A stretch of DNA of 64,000 nucleotides from Tagaea sp. (GTDB lineage: Bacteria > Pseudomonadota > Alphaproteobacteria > CACIAM-22H2), in NCBI GenBank assembly GCA_965279525.1, contig CBDIIB010000005.1, forward strand, positions 1,248,001 through 1,312,000, in the 5' to 3' direction. The translations under genes were made by a program, and so were the position numbers. A model generated the notes under the pieces. The model was not told where the DNA came from, made no database searches, and worked only from the letters and a program-made list of their open reading frames with translations. This document shows positions 19,451 through 30,197 of this stretch, piece by piece; the first letter of the stretch is position 1, and each line of letters starts with the position of its first letter.

Positions 19451-20445
19451 TTCGTGGCCCCGCCATGCAGCCGGATGCGCGGATCGAGTGCGGCAAGCGC
19501 CAGATCCGACAGGAACACGCCCACGACGATCAGCACCGCCTCGATCATCAGGAACGAGCCGGCGAGATACATGTCCTGGCTGCGCAATGCTGCCAGCAGC
19601 ATCGGCCCGTTGGTCGGCAGCGACATGACGACCGACACGATGGCCGCACCCGAGATCATGTGCGGCAGCAGGTCGCCGATGTCGGAGATAAAGGGGTTGA
19701 GCGACATGCGCAGCGGATACTTGAGGAGTGCGCGGCGCGGCGGCAGGCCCTTGGCGCGCGCGGTCGTCACGTACTGCTTCTGCAACTCGTCGAGCAGGTT
19801 GGCGCGCAGCCGGCGGATCATCGCGGCCGTGCCCGACGTGCCGATGACGATGACCGGGATCCACAGATGCTCGAGCACCGACACGAACTTGCCCCAGCTC
19901 ATCGGCTGGTCGATGTATTCCGGGTCCATCAGGCCGCCGATCGATGTGCCGAACCAGATGTTCGCGAGATAGAGCATCACGAGCGCCAGCAGGAACGACG
20001 GCGTGGCGAGGCCGAGGAAACCGACCAGCGTGAGCCCGTAGTCGCCCCACGAATACTGGTGCGTGGCCGAGTAGATCCCGATCGGGAATGCGACCGCGTA
20101 GGTGAAGAGCACGGTCACGAACGCGACGAGGAACGACAGCAGCAGCCGGTCGCCGATGACGTGCGCGACGGGCAGGTTGTACTCGAACGACCAGCCGAGG
20201 TCGCCGTGCAGCATGCCGAAGAGCCAGTGGAAATACTGTTCGACCGGCGAGCGGTCGAGCCCGTACTGCTGGCGCAGGAACTCGATGCGCTCGAGATTCG
20301 CCGCTTCGCCCTGCGACTGCAGCTCGGCGATCAGCGTCGAGAGATAGTCGCCCGGCGGCAGCTGGATGATCGTGAACACGATGGCGCTGATGGCCAGCAG
20401 CGTTGGCACCATCACGAGGATTCGGCGGACGAGGTAGGCGAACAT
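19447..20445 (-). CDS. ABC transporter permease (DppB/OppB-like)
   Basis: YLVRRIL, QLPPGD, GDLGWS, YVTTARAKG. Confidence 0.9.
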   Translation of the reverse strand: MFAYLVRRILVMVPTLLAISAIVFTIIQLPPGDYLSTLIAELQSQGEAANLERIEFLRQQYGLDRSPVEQYFHWLFGMLHGDLGWSFEYNLPVAHVIGDRLLLSFLVAFVTVLFTYAVAFPIGIYSATHQYSWGDYGLTLVGFLGLATPSFLLALVMLYLANIWFGTSIGGLMDPEYIDQPMSWGKFVSVLEHLWIPVIVIGTSGTAAMIRRLRANLLDELQKQYVTTARAKGLPPRRALLKYPLRMSLNPFISDIGDLLPHMISGAAIVSVVMSLPTNGPMLLAALRSQDMYLAGSFLMIEAVLIVVGVFLSDLALAALDPRIRLHGGATK

Positions 20446-20468
20446 GCTGTGACCTGTCTACGCCTTCC

Positions 20469-22403
20469 TCAGCGTGCGGGGGCCGCGGCCGTGTGCGGCT
20501 GCGGGGCATCGTCGAACCAGAACGCGTCCATGTGGTGGATGCCGAAGAAGGCGCCCGGATCCCAGTTCCACACACCCTGGCGCGGAACGTTGCGCAGGCG
20601 CTTGGAGATGACGACCGGCTGGCGCACGTTCGCCACGATGCCGATCGAGAACACGTTCTCGGCGTGGATCGCCAGCATCCGGCGCCAGATCCCGGCGCGG
20701 CTCGCCTCGCCCGCGGACTTACGCCACGCGTCGTTGAGCGCCATCAGCTCCTTGGCCGCCGGCATGTCGACCGCTTCGCCGGCCGTGCCGCCCGTCTCGA
20801 AATGCTGGCCCCATTTGGGCCACTGCAGGCCCTGCTGGGAGACCGGGGCGAGTTCCTCGGGCGAGAAGTCGGGGGTCGCCACCGCGTTCTCGATGCCGAA
20901 CCACACGCTCATCTTCGTCTCGCCGGCGAAGATCCGGTTGCGGAAGATCTCGCGCTGCTGGGGGCGGGAATAGAGCTTCACGCCCGCGCGCATCCACGAA
21001 TCGTGGACGAGCTCGAGCACGTCGACCTGCTCGACATCCTCGCCCGCGGTCTCGACGACGATCTCGAGCGGGCGGCCGTCCGGCATCATGCGCACGCCGC
21101 GCGAATCGCGCGCCGTCAGGCCGATCTCGTCGAGCAGCCGGTTGGCCTCGCGCAGGTCGAAGCGGTGCCAGGCGTTGCGGTAGGCCGCGTCGTAGATCGG
21201 GCTGCCGGGCAGCACCGTGTTGGCCCCTTCGATCGCGAGGCCGAAATAGACGACCTGGTTCACTTCCTTGCGGTCGATGGCCAGCGACAGCGCGCGCCGG
21301 AAGCGCAGGTCGCGCATCAACGCGCGCCAGCCCGGATCGTTGACGTTGAGATTGGGGTAGAGGGCGATCTGCGCGCCCTTGGCCGTGTCCCACAGCACGG
21401 TCTCGAACTCGTTGCGCTTGCCCGCCTGGCGCAGGAACGTGTAGTTCGCGAAGGTGAGGCCGCGCGCCTGCAGGTCGGCTTCGCCCGAGCCGGTCTTCGC
21501 CGACAGGATCTTGCCGTCGGCGACGTTCAGGATGACGCGGTCGATATAGGGCAGCTGGCGACCCTCGGCGTCGACGCGGTGATAATAGGGGTTGCGCTCG
21601 AACACGAAGCGCTCGGACGGTGCGCGCGTGCGCACGACCCACGGATCGAGCGTGGGCAGGTCCGGATTGTCGTTGCGGTTCAGGTTGTCGAGCCGGTTGT
21701 GGAGCTGCGCCCAGTTGCGCGCGTTGGCCCGCCGGGCGGCCTGTACGAGCACCTCGCGGTCGGCGTAGCGCGCGTGGAATCCCTTCATGTAGTGCGAGGG
21801 CCGGTAGATCACGAGCGGTGCCGGTCCCGCGATCGCCGGCAGGAAAGACGGGTTGGGCGCGTCCCACGCGTAGCGCACCGTGTGCGCGTCGGGGAAGCTC
21901 ACCTGCGGCGGCTTGCCGTCGACGATGAGCGTCTTGGGCGGGCCGCCGGGCGACAGGTCCTTGCTGTTGGCGACGTCCTCCCAGTAGTAGCGGAAATCCT
22001 CGGACGAGAAGGGCCGGCCGTCCGACCAGCGATGGCCCGGGCGCAGACGCAGCGTGAAGACCCGGTCGCCCGCATTCTCGACCGACAGGAGGATGTCGGG
22101 GCGCAGCTTGAGATCGGCGTCGAAGCCGACGAGCCGCGAATAGCCGAAGACCGACATCATCCGCACGTCCTGCGCGCGGCCGACGAGCGTGCGCAGCTCG
22201 CCGCCATGGCGCCCCGGCACCCAGTCGGCGCGCTTGGGCGCCAGCACCAGCGGCTCGGCCGGCAGGCGCTTGTCCACCGGCGGGAAGCGGCCGGCGGCGA
22301 CGTCGGCCTCCATCCAGGGCGTTTCCTTATAGGGCGCTGCCGCCGCGAGCGTGGCCGCACAGGCGAAAGCGAGGATCGAGAGGATCCGGAAAGAAGCGTT
22401 CAT
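20469..22403 (-). CDS. ABC transporter substrate-binding protein, family 5 (AgpA-like sugar-binding subgroup)
   Basis: Signal peptide; ETP...FPPVDKRLPAEPLV; LRPGHRWSDG.PFSSED; ERNPYY..VD..G.QLPYID; FRRALSLAIDR. Confidence 0.88.
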   Translation of the reverse strand: MNASFRILSILAFACAATLAAAAPYKETPWMEADVAAGRFPPVDKRLPAEPLVLAPKRADWVPGRHGGELRTLVGRAQDVRMMSVFGYSRLVGFDADLKLRPDILLSVENAGDRVFTLRLRPGHRWSDGRPFSSEDFRYYWEDVANSKDLSPGGPPKTLIVDGKPPQVSFPDAHTVRYAWDAPNPSFLPAIAGPAPLVIYRPSHYMKGFHARYADREVLVQAARRANARNWAQLHNRLDNLNRNDNPDLPTLDPWVVRTRAPSERFVFERNPYYHRVDAEGRQLPYIDRVILNVADGKILSAKTGSGEADLQARGLTFANYTFLRQAGKRNEFETVLWDTAKGAQIALYPNLNVNDPGWRALMRDLRFRRALSLAIDRKEVNQVVYFGLAIEGANTVLPGSPIYDAAYRNAWHRFDLREANRLLDEIGLTARDSRGVRMMPDGRPLEIVVETAGEDVEQVDVLELVHDSWMRAGVKLYSRPQQREIFRNRIFAGETKMSVWFGIENAVATPDFSPEELAPVSQQGLQWPKWGQHFETGGTAGEAVDMPAAKELMALNDAWRKSAGEASRAGIWRRMLAIHAENVFSIGIVANVRQPVVISKRLRNVPRQGVWNWDPGAFFGIHHMDAFWFDDAPQPHTAAAPAR

Positions 22404-24322
22404 GCGAGCTCCCGCGGGCGCGCGCACGCGCGCAAAGTCGATGGTGTCGTGCCGATTGCGGCACGCACATAGTGTCCTTGGCCCAGATCGATGAAGCCGA
22501 CATCGGCGACGCCGTCGATCGTGAAGGGGGCGGGCCAGGCACTCGGGATCGAGGCGCGGCCTTCCATGAGTGCGGTGAGATCGAGCGGGCGGTCGATGTC
22601 GGGCTCGGGGACCGCCGCGAGCAGGGCCTGCGTATAGGGATGGATCGGCGCCTTGAAGAGCGCTTCGCGCGGGGCGACCTCGACCAGGCGGCCCGCGCAC
22701 ATCACCGCGATGCGGTCGGCCATGTAGTCGACGACCGCGAGATTGTGGCTGACGAACACGTAGGTGAGGCCGAGCGCCTTCTTGAGGTCCTTGAGCAGGT
22801 TCAGCACCTGCGCCTGGATCGACACGTCGAGGGCGGAGACCGGCTCGTCGAGCAGCAGCAGTTCGGGGCCCAGTGCCAGGGCGCGCGCGATGCCGATGCG
22901 CTGGCGCTGGCCGCCGGAGAACGAGTGCGGATAGCGGTTGAGCGCCCGGTCGTCGAGGCCGACCACGCGCATCAGTTCGCTGACAGTGGCACGGCGCGAA
23001 GCGGCATCGCCGACCGCATGGATGACCAGCGGTTCTGAGACGATGTCGAAGACGGTCATGCGCGGATTGAGCGAACCGAAGGGGTCCTGGAACACGAACT
23101 GGACCTGCCGGCGATAGGCGAAAAGATCGTCGCCCTCCAGCGTGTGCACGTCGCGCCCTTCGAACACGACCTTGCCGGAATCGGGCGTCAGCGCACGCAT
23201 CACCATCTTCGACACGGTCGTCTTGCCGCATCCGGATTCGCCGACAAGCCCCAGGCACTCGCCGCGGAACACGTCGAAACTGACGTCGTCGACCGCCAGC
23301 ACCGACTGCGGCTTGCCCGCACCCAGAAAGCCCGACTTGCGGATCGTGTAGCTCTTGCTGAGGTTGCGCACCGAAAGCACCGGTGCGCGCCGGTCGATCG
23401 CTCCGGGTGCCGGCCCCTTGTTGGCGACGCGCGCGTTGGAGATGTCGGTTCCCTTGCGCATCATCGAACCGATGTCGGTCTTGATCTCGCGCAACGGGAC
23501 CAGCTTCTCGCCCGGCTTCATGTCGAAGCGCGGGACTGCGTGCAGCAGCGCCTTCAGGTAGGGATGCTCGGGCTTGCGGAAGATGTCCTCGCGTGTGCCC
23601 GATTCCATCACGCGGCCGCGATACATGACGACGACCTCGTCGGCCATGTTGGCGACGACGCCCAGATCGTGCGTGATCAGCAGGATCGCCATGCCCAGAT
23701 CCTGCTGCAGGTCCTTCAGCAGCTTCAGGATCTGCGCCTGGATCGTCACGTCGAGTGCTGTCGTCGGCTCGTCGGCGATCAGCAGGGCCGGCCGGCACAC
23801 CAGCGCCATCGCGATCATCGCGCGCTGGCGAAGTCCGCCCGACAACTCGAAGGGATAGGTGAGCAGCGCCTTCGCCGGGTTGGGGAAGCCCACGCGGCGC
23901 AGCATGTCCTCGGCAAGCTCGAGGGCGACCTTCGGGTCGTTCGACTGGTGCAGGCGCACGGCCTCGGAAATCTGGTCGCCGACCGTGTGCAGCGGCGACA
24001 GCGAGGTCATCGGTTCCTGGAAGATGATCGAGATGCGCCCGCCGCGCAGCTTGCGGAACTCCGCCCCGTCGGGATCGAGCTTCGCAAGATCGATCTCCTG
24101 CCCGCGGTCGCGGAACAGCATCGAGCCGCGGCTGATCCGGCCGACCTTGGGCAGGATGCCGAGTGCCGACTGGCTGATCACGGTCTTGCCCGACCCGGAT
24201 TCGCCGACGATGGCGACCGTGGTGCCGGGCCTTACGCGGAAATCGACGCCGTCGACCGCCTTCACGTGCGTGTTGTGCACGCGGAAATCGATCGCAAGGT
24301 CGCGGACCTCGAGCAGGTTCAT
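22400..24322 (-). CDS. Fused dual-domain ABC ATPase (DppD/F-like)
   Basis: Two Walker A motifs ([16 protein letters not shown]), [32 protein letters not shown]. Confidence 0.92.
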   Translation of the reverse strand: MNLLEVRDLAIDFRVHNTHVKAVDGVDFRVRPGTTVAIVGESGSGKTVISQSALGILPKVGRISRGSMLFRDRGQEIDLAKLDPDGAEFRKLRGGRISIIFQEPMTSLSPLHTVGDQISEAVRLHQSNDPKVALELAEDMLRRVGFPNPAKALLTYPFELSGGLRQRAMIAMALVCRPALLIADEPTTALDVTIQAQILKLLKDLQQDLGMAILLITHDLGVVANMADEVVVMYRGRVMESGTREDIFRKPEHPYLKALLHAVPRFDMKPGEKLVPLREIKTDIGSMMRKGTDISNARVANKGPAPGAIDRRAPVLSVRNLSKSYTIRKSGFLGAGKPQSVLAVDDVSFDVFRGECLGLVGESGCGKTTVSKMVMRALTPDSGKVVFEGRDVHTLEGDDLFAYRRQVQFVFQDPFGSLNPRMTVFDIVSEPLVIHAVGDAASRRATVSELMRVVGLDDRALNRYPHSFSGGQRQRIGIARALALGPELLLLDEPVSALDVSIQAQVLNLLKDLKKALGLTYVFVSHNLAVVDYMADRIAVMCAGRLVEVAPREALFKAPIHPYTQALLAAVPEPDIDRPLDLTALMEGRASIPSAWPAPFTIDGVADVGFIDLGQGHYVRAAIGTTPSTLRACARPRELA

Positions 24323-24810
24323 GCCGTTTCCCCGGCAAGACGGATGCCGAGCGACGCGAGGTTGGCGCGCGTCGAGGCGTCGAGGTCGAGGCCCTTTGCC
24401 TGGGCGGCCGCCGCACAGCGCGCGGCGAACGCGGGGAAATCCTCCGCGCCCGAATCCGCCTGCGCCTTCGCGCCGTTGCCGCGTAGCGTCAGTTGCATCC
24501 AGCCCCCCGTGCGGTCGCGGCCCGTCGCGTAGAAGGCGAGCTTCAGCGAAACCAGCTCCGTCCACGGCAGACTAGCCCGCCCGCTGCCTGAAATCGAGAG
24601 ACCCTTGTCGTCCCATTCGATGACGGTCCGGGCACGTTTCCAGGTGCGGAATGCGAAAACGGCGAACAGGGCGGCAAGCGGCAGCAGCAGCCAGTGGGCG
24701 TAGCTCCACTGGCCGATCGCAAGGGCCGGCCCGAGCGTGAAGACAAGGCCGACCGCCGCGCGCGCATAGTCGCCGTAGATCGCGCGGCCGGGATAGACAA
24801 GCCGGTTCAT
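24319..24810 (-). CDS. Hypothetical protein with two TM helices and a PH-like beta domain
   Basis: [18 protein letters not shown]..., two hydrophobic segments; ATGA overlaps with both neighbours. Confidence 0.7.
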   Translation of the reverse strand: MNRLVYPGRAIYGDYARAAVGLVFTLGPALAIGQWSYAHWLLLPLAALFAVFAFRTWKRARTVIEWDDKGLSISGSGRASLPWTELVSLKLAFYATGRDRTGGWMQLTLRGNGAKAQADSGAEDFPAFAARCAAAAQAKGLDLDASTRANLASLGIRLAGETA

Positions 24811-25568
24811 GCCGATGCCGCGAAGACGTCGAGTGGATCGAGTGCCTTGGCCGCGCGATGCGCCTTGAGGCGGGCGAAAAGCGCGCCGAGGAACTTCCAT
24901 GCGCCTTCGTCGTGGGCAAGATGGTGGCTCAGCACGCCGGTCGCCTCGTCGGGATCGGCCGTCCGGTCGAGCCGCGCCTTCAGGTGCGCCACCACGGCAC
25001 CCAGGGCGAGACCTTCGCCGAGGAAGGCGCGCGTGTTCCAGTCCATGATGTCGGCGTGCGTGTTCGTCTGCGCGATACCGGCGGGCACGTTCTTGCGCGC
25101 ACCATATGTCGACAGCGCGCGGATCCCGGCGCCGCGCAGGCCGGCCGCGACGGCGGGGGCGATGCGGTTGTGCGGCGGGACCAGCAGCGTCATCGCCTGC
25201 GGAAAGAGCTGTGTGAGCCGCATCCAGCCGCGCGCCAGTTCGCCCAGCACCAGCGCCGTCGGCCGGTGGGCGCCCAGTTCGGCCTTCGATTCGCCCGGCG
25301 GGGCATGGTTCCAGTGGTTCCAGCCATGCAGGCACACGCGCGCCAGCTTCGCGTCCGCAAGGTGCTTCGTCAGCTCGGGCTTCGCGCGGGCCGGGATCAC
25401 GGCCAGGACCAGCGGCACGTCGGGGGCAAGCGTCAGCAGCCGGTCGAGTGCGGGTGTCGGCTCCGTCGCGTCGTCGTCGCGCCACCACCACGTCGCCGTC
25501 CGGCCGGCGGCGGCATAGGCATCGAGCGTGCGGTCGAGATCGGCCCAGTCGGCCGGCGGCGGGATCAT
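24807..25568 (-). CDS. Polysaccharide deacetylase-like (NodB fold) protein
   Basis: WWRDDD, LAVIP, HGWNHWNH, VPPHNR, NTHAD, GVLSHH. Confidence 0.78.
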   Translation of the reverse strand: MIPPPADWADLDRTLDAYAAAGRTATWWWRDDDATEPTPALDRLLTLAPDVPLVLAVIPARAKPELTKHLADAKLARVCLHGWNHWNHAPPGESKAELGAHRPTALVLGELARGWMRLTQLFPQAMTLLVPPHNRIAPAVAAGLRGAGIRALSTYGARKNVPAGIAQTNTHADIMDWNTRAFLGEGLALGAVVAHLKARLDRTADPDEATGVLSHHLAHDEGAWKFLGALFARLKAHRAAKALDPLDVFAASA

Positions 25569-26644
25569 AGCCATCGTGTCAGGAGTTTGGCCGTTTGCCG
25601 GGCTCCATCGCAAGCGATCCGATGCGCCGGCGGAACCGGGGCGGCGTCGATCGCGGCCGAAAGCGACTCGACCGAAAGATCGGATTCCGGGCAGACGGCC
25701 GCCCAGCCGCGCCGCGCGAAGGCATCGGCCCGGATCTTCTGCTCGCGCTCGCGGCCTTGCGCGAACGGCACGAGCACGGCCCGGCAGCCGGCCCGCAGCA
25801 GATCGACGCAGGTGTTGTAGCCGGCCTGGCTGACCGAGACGCGGGCGTTCGCCAGCAGGTCGGGAAAGTCGCGCGCGTTGGGCTCGACGACGATGTGCGG
25901 ATTGCCGGCGTGCACGTCGGCGGCGCCTTCGCCGGTCCGGATGCGCCAGCGTTCGCCCGCATGCGCGCGCCGGTCGGCAAGCGCCAGCGCCGTCGCGATC
26001 AGCCGCGAGCCCGCAGCACCGCCGCCGACCGAAACGACGATCTCGTCGCGCGCGGCGGCGGGCACGCCCGGATCGCCGGCCACGTAGCCGGTATAGTGCA
26101 GCCGGTCGCCGAGGCTGGCGCATTCGGGCCAGCTGTCGGCAAGGGCGAGCAGGGCCGCATCGCCGTGCACGAGGATGGCGTCGAAGCGCCGTGCTGATTC
26201 GACGCGCGCCTCGGCCCGGGGCGAAGCGGGCCGCTGCAGCACGTCGCGCACCGAACACAGGCGCGCGATTTGCGCCGCACGCGCCAGCAGCGGCTCGAGC
26301 TCGAAGCGCAGCATCGAGCGGCCGAACGGATAGAGCTCGACGATCAGCAGGTCGGGCCGGACGGAATCGAACAGCGTCAGCGTCGCGTCGAGACGCCGCG
26401 CGCGCCAGCGCTCGTCGATCGCGTGCCCGTCGGCATCGACGAGCGTGGCGAATGTCGCGTCGGTCGCGCGCAACGCCGGCAGCTGCACGCATCGTGCACC
26501 GCCCGCGGCAAGATCGAGCGGCATGCCGCCGGTCGCCAGCGTCACGGCGTGGCCGGCGTCGGCGCAAGCGGCCGCGACCGATGCCATGCGTCGCGCATGG
26601 CCCGTCCCCAGCAGATGCTGGACATGGATCAGGATTTTCGCCAT
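25565..26644 (-). CDS. GT-B glycosyltransferase (COG4671/GT28-like)
   Basis: HLLGTGH, ELYPFGR, CSVRD, YTGYV, VSVGGG, SQAGYNT, EQ..RA. Confidence 0.85.
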   Translation of the reverse strand: MAKILIHVQHLLGTGHARRMASVAAACADAGHAVTLATGGMPLDLAAGGARCVQLPALRATDATFATLVDADGHAIDERWRARRLDATLTLFDSVRPDLLIVELYPFGRSMLRFELEPLLARAAQIARLCSVRDVLQRPASPRAEARVESARRFDAILVHGDAALLALADSWPECASLGDRLHYTGYVAGDPGVPAAARDEIVVSVGGGAAGSRLIATALALADRRAHAGERWRIRTGEGAADVHAGNPHIVVEPNARDFPDLLANARVSVSQAGYNTCVDLLRAGCRAVLVPFAQGREREQKIRADAFARRGWAAVCPESDLSVESLSAAIDAAPVPPAHRIACDGARQTAKLLTRWL

Positions 26645-27231
26645 CGCCGCTTCAGCGCGAGGTTGAGGGATTCGACCGTCGGCTTGCCGTCGGCGGCGAG
26701 TGCAAACACATGCAGCGCGTAGAGATCGAGCTTGTCCGGCGGATCGCCGGTCATGTCCCAGCCGCGTGCGGCGGCGTAAACCGTGCGGAACACGCCGCGA
26801 TGGGTCACGCACAGCGTGGAGCGGCCGGATGCCGCGACCTCGGCCAGCAGCGGCAGCACGCGCGCCTGCACCATGCGCGGCGATTCCCCGTGCGGCGGCG
26901 TGAAGTCGAGCCCGCGCGCCTCGTTCGCCGCGAATGCCTCGCCCTGTTCGGCGCGCAGCTGCTCGATCATGCGGCCTTCATAGGCGCCCCAGTCCATCTC
27001 GACCAGGCGCGGATCGACCTCGGCCGACAGGCCGAGCGCTTCGGCCGTCTGCCGGCAACGCTGCAAGGGCGAGCACAGCACGCGCCAGTCGGCGAACTCG
27101 CGGGGCACACGCCGCGCTTTCAGGAAGGCGAGCGAGCGTGGCGCGATCTCGATGTCCGCACGCCCCTGCAGGCGCTTGGCCGCGTTCCACGCGGTCGGAC
27201 CGTGGCGCATGAAGGCGATGTACGTGGTCAT
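26629..27231 (-). CDS. Histidine phosphatase (phosphoglycerate mutase family)
   Basis: RHG.T.WN...LQG, SPLQRC.QT, EMDWG.YEG, GES, VTH.G. Confidence 0.9.
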   Translation of the reverse strand: MTTYIAFMRHGPTAWNAAKRLQGRADIEIAPRSLAFLKARRVPREFADWRVLCSPLQRCRQTAEALGLSAEVDPRLVEMDWGAYEGRMIEQLRAEQGEAFAANEARGLDFTPPHGESPRMVQARVLPLLAEVAASGRSTLCVTHRGVFRTVYAAARGWDMTGDPPDKLDLYALHVFALAADGKPTVESLNLALKRRWRKS

Positions 27232-28376
27232 CGACGCCTGGCCCTGCAACCGGCCAGCACGGCATCGATCCGGGCAGCGGCCCCGGCAAGGTCGTGCGTG
27301 GCCGCCACCTTCGCGGCGGCGTTTCGGCCGAAACGCGCGCGAAGCCCGGGATCGTCCAGCAATCCGCGGACCGCGACGGCGAAGGCACCGGCATCGCCGG
27401 CGGGAACGAGCCGGCCGGTCGCACCATCGTCCACGATTGCGGCCACGCCCGGTCCCGCACCCGCGACGACGGGCAAGCCGCTTGCCTGCGCTTCGAGGAT
27501 CGCCATGCCGTAGGCCTCGTTGATCGCCGGCCAGACGAACAGGTCGCTTGCCGCCATCAGGCCTTCGAGCGAGGCCTCGTCGAGCTGGCCCGCCTGCACG
27601 ACGCGCGGACCGAGTGGAGCGAACGCCGCGGCCACTTGCGCGCGCGCCGGTCCGTCGCCAACGGTGACGAGCTGCCAGTCGTCACCGCCGAGCCGGTCGA
27701 GTGCCTGGGCGAGCACCTCGTACGAACGCAGCTTGTCGCCGGCGCGTTGCATGGCGACGGCCAGCAGCCACGGCCGGGCGGCGTCGATCTTGAGCCGGCG
27801 GGCCCACGCGTCGCGATGCATGTCGCGCGCGCCGGCGGCGGCGGCATAGGGTCGGGCGTCGAGGAACGGCGGCAGGAGTGCGCGCGTTGCCGCAGGCGAA
27901 AGATGCGCCTCGAGAGCCGGGGCATCGCCCGGATTGAGCGAGACGACGCCATCGGCGCGTGCCAGTGCCGCCAGCACGGCGCGATGTCCGGGATCCCACG
28001 TGCCGCCGGCGCGCTTCATCGCGACCGACGCCTCGACGACGACATAGGGAATGCCCAGTGCTTGCGCGACGGCCGGCCCGAGATGGTCGGGCGCCTTGTA
28101 ATAGAGGTGATAGGTGAGCCAGAGATCGGGCCGCTGGTGCGCCGGGCCGGATCGCCAGCGCCGGACGAGGCGCCCGGCCAGATAGCCGCCGATCTTCGCC
28201 AGCCGCGACTGGCGTGCGGAATCGCCCGTGCCGTCGCGGCTGCGCAGGGTACCGGCCCATTCCACGTCGTGGCCGGAGAGCCTCAGGGCCGCATCGAGCA
28301 GCCGCGCCACGCGCCGGTCGCCGGAGGGCACCGGATGGTCGGGCGGCTTCAGCGGGGCATAGGCGGCGATACGCAT
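27228..28376 (-). CDS. Glycosyltransferase family 4
   Basis: YAPLKPPDHPVPSGDR, YHLYYKAPD.LGP, EAYGMAILEA (EX7E). Confidence 0.88.
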   Translation of the reverse strand: MRIAAYAPLKPPDHPVPSGDRRVARLLDAALRLSGHDVEWAGTLRSRDGTGDSARQSRLAKIGGYLAGRLVRRWRSGPAHQRPDLWLTYHLYYKAPDHLGPAVAQALGIPYVVVEASVAMKRAGGTWDPGHRAVLAALARADGVVSLNPGDAPALEAHLSPAATRALLPPFLDARPYAAAAGARDMHRDAWARRLKIDAARPWLLAVAMQRAGDKLRSYEVLAQALDRLGGDDWQLVTVGDGPARAQVAAAFAPLGPRVVQAGQLDEASLEGLMAASDLFVWPAINEAYGMAILEAQASGLPVVAGAGPGVAAIVDDGATGRLVPAGDAGAFAVAVRGLLDDPGLRARFGRNAAAKVAATHDLAGAAARIDAVLAGCRARRR

Positions 28377-29581
28377 GCGTCGAGCAAGTCGTACAGCGTC
28401 TCCAATCCGCGCGCGAAGGGAAAGTCGCGCCGCACGCGGTCGTTGGCGGCCGTGCCGAGGGCCATCCGCCGCGCCGGATCGCCAAGCAGCCCGTCGATCG
28501 CCGCGGCCAGGGCCGGAACATCGCCCGGCGGAACGAGCACGCCGCTTGCGGGGCCGACCAGTTCGGGGATCGCGGCGATATCGGTCGCGACAAGCGCCAG
28601 CCCCTGGCTTGCCGCTTCCATCAGCACGTTGGGCAGGCCGTCGCGGTCGCCGTCGGCGGCGATGCGGCTTGCGAGCACGAACAGGTCGGCGCTTCGCAAG
28701 GTCGCCAGCACGTCGGCCTGGTCGCGTGCACCCCGCCACTCGATCCGGTCGGCAATGCCGGCGGCCCGCGCCTGCGCGTCCAGTGCCGCCTTGAGCGGTC
28801 CGCCGCCGACATGCACGAAGCGCCACGCACGCGATGTGCCGACGCGCGCAAGTGCCGCGATCAGTTCGTCGTAGCCCTTCTTGGCGACGAGCCGGCCGAC
28901 CGACACGATGACGACCGGATCGCGCGGATCGCGCCCGTCGCGCGCGGGCCGCGCGGGCGGATCGGGCCAGCGCGCGAAATCCAGCCCGTGATAGACGAGC
29001 CGTACCTTGCCGGGGCCGAGCGCTTCGAGATGGTCGAAGCCCGCTTTCGTGCAGGTCGTGCACCACGCCATCGCGGCGAGCTTCTCGCGCTTCTCCCAGT
29101 CGGGCGTGGTCCAGATGTCCTTGGCGTGCGCCGAAGCCGACCAGCCAAGCCCGCAAATGGAAGCCGCGTAGCGCGCGACCGATCCCGGCGTATGGATGAA
29201 GTGGGCGTAGAGATGTGCCGTCTGCGGCCCCATCTCGGCCGCCAGCACGCACGCCTGACCGAAGCGCCGGCCGCGGTTGGGTGTGGGATCGCGCCGCCAA
29301 TCCGAAAGGAAGGTCGCGCGCGCGGCCGGGTAGCCGGGCAGGCGGCGTGCGCGCCACCAGCCCGCGAGCACGCGCAGCGGCTCGCGCCACAGATACTCGG
29401 GCAGGTAATTGACCTTGGCTTTGAGCGCACCGGCAAGGGCATGCCGGTGCGTGTCGGTCGGATGGCGCAGCGACCAGAGCTCGAGTGCGAGCCCGCGTTC
29501 CTCGAGCCCGACAAGCTCCTGCGCGATGAAGGTCTCGGACAGGCGGGGCCAGCCTTTGACGATTACGGCAAGGCGGGTCAA
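28349..29581 (-). CDS. Glycosyltransferase family 4 (WcaL/AmsK-like)
   Basis: KGWPRLSETFI..E, VGRLVAKKG, DRDGLPNVLMEA; TTG start with GGGAG SD. Confidence 0.88.
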   Translation of the reverse strand: MTRLAVIVKGWPRLSETFIAQELVGLEERGLALELWSLRHPTDTHRHALAGALKAKVNYLPEYLWREPLRVLAGWWRARRLPGYPAARATFLSDWRRDPTPNRGRRFGQACVLAAEMGPQTAHLYAHFIHTPGSVARYAASICGLGWSASAHAKDIWTTPDWEKREKLAAMAWCTTCTKAGFDHLEALGPGKVRLVYHGLDFARWPDPPARPARDGRDPRDPVVIVSVGRLVAKKGYDELIAALARVGTSRAWRFVHVGGGPLKAALDAQARAAGIADRIEWRGARDQADVLATLRSADLFVLASRIAADGDRDGLPNVLMEAASQGLALVATDIAAIPELVGPASGVLVPPGDVPALAAAIDGLLGDPARRMALGTAANDRVRRDFPFARGLETLYDLLDACVSPPMPR

Positions 29582-29619
29582 GCTTACGTCTCCCGATTCG
29601 CGCTCCGGATGCGCCTTCG

Positions 29620-30183
29620 TCAGGCGGCACCCATCAGGCCCGGTGTCAGCACGCTGTCGGACAGCACCGGATAGCGCCTCGATTCGAAGAGCTGATAGTG
29701 CCACCATTCGCGCCGATAGAAATCCCAGCCGGCCGCCGACATGAGCCCGAGCAGCATGTGCCGGTTTCGCTGCGCCTCGACGCCCACTTCGGTGCTGCCG
29801 TGATACGACAGCTCGGTGAAGGCGTCGAACTCGGTGCCCATGTCGAGTTCGGCGCCGCTCGCCGCATCGACGAGCGTGAGATCGACGGCCACGCCGCGCG
29901 AATGGGGCGAGCCGCGCCGCGGATCGGCGACGAAGTCGGGATCGGGGTTGAAATCCCACAGCTTCCACTGCGCTTCGGACGGGCGGAACGCGTCGAAGAT
30001 CTTGAAGCGCAGCCCGAGCGCCGCGGCAAGCTCGATCGCACGCGCCATATGGCGCGCGGCGTCGACATGCAGGAACGCCTCGGCGCGCGCATAGACCGGT
30101 TTTCCCGTGAAGTTGGCGGGTGTCGCGTAGCGCAGATCGATCGCGACTTCGTAGTCCGGCGGGGCAATGGCGACGAGCGTCAT
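29620..30183 (-). CDS. ddpX: D-alanyl-D-alanine dipeptidase (VanX/M15D)
   Basis: DLRYAT..NFTG, FDAFRP, SPHSRGVAVD (SxHxxGxAxD), EWWH. Confidence 0.92.
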   Translation of the reverse strand: MTLVAIAPPDYEVAIDLRYATPANFTGKPVYARAEAFLHVDAARHMARAIELAAALGLRFKIFDAFRPSEAQWKLWDFNPDPDFVADPRRGSPHSRGVAVDLTLVDAASGAELDMGTEFDAFTELSYHGSTEVGVEAQRNRHMLLGLMSAAGWDFYRREWWHYQLFESRRYPVLSDSVLTPGLMGAA

Positions 30184-30197
30184 GGGGCCTGTTTAGC

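Noticed and set aside
20469-24416. Apparent 1315-aa protein, and similar long N-terminal extensions (18296..20575, 27228..29630, 28349..30760, 43907..47176)
   Set aside because: The extensions are off-frame readings of upstream genes; the real starts sit at stop/start overlaps or SD-preceded codons.
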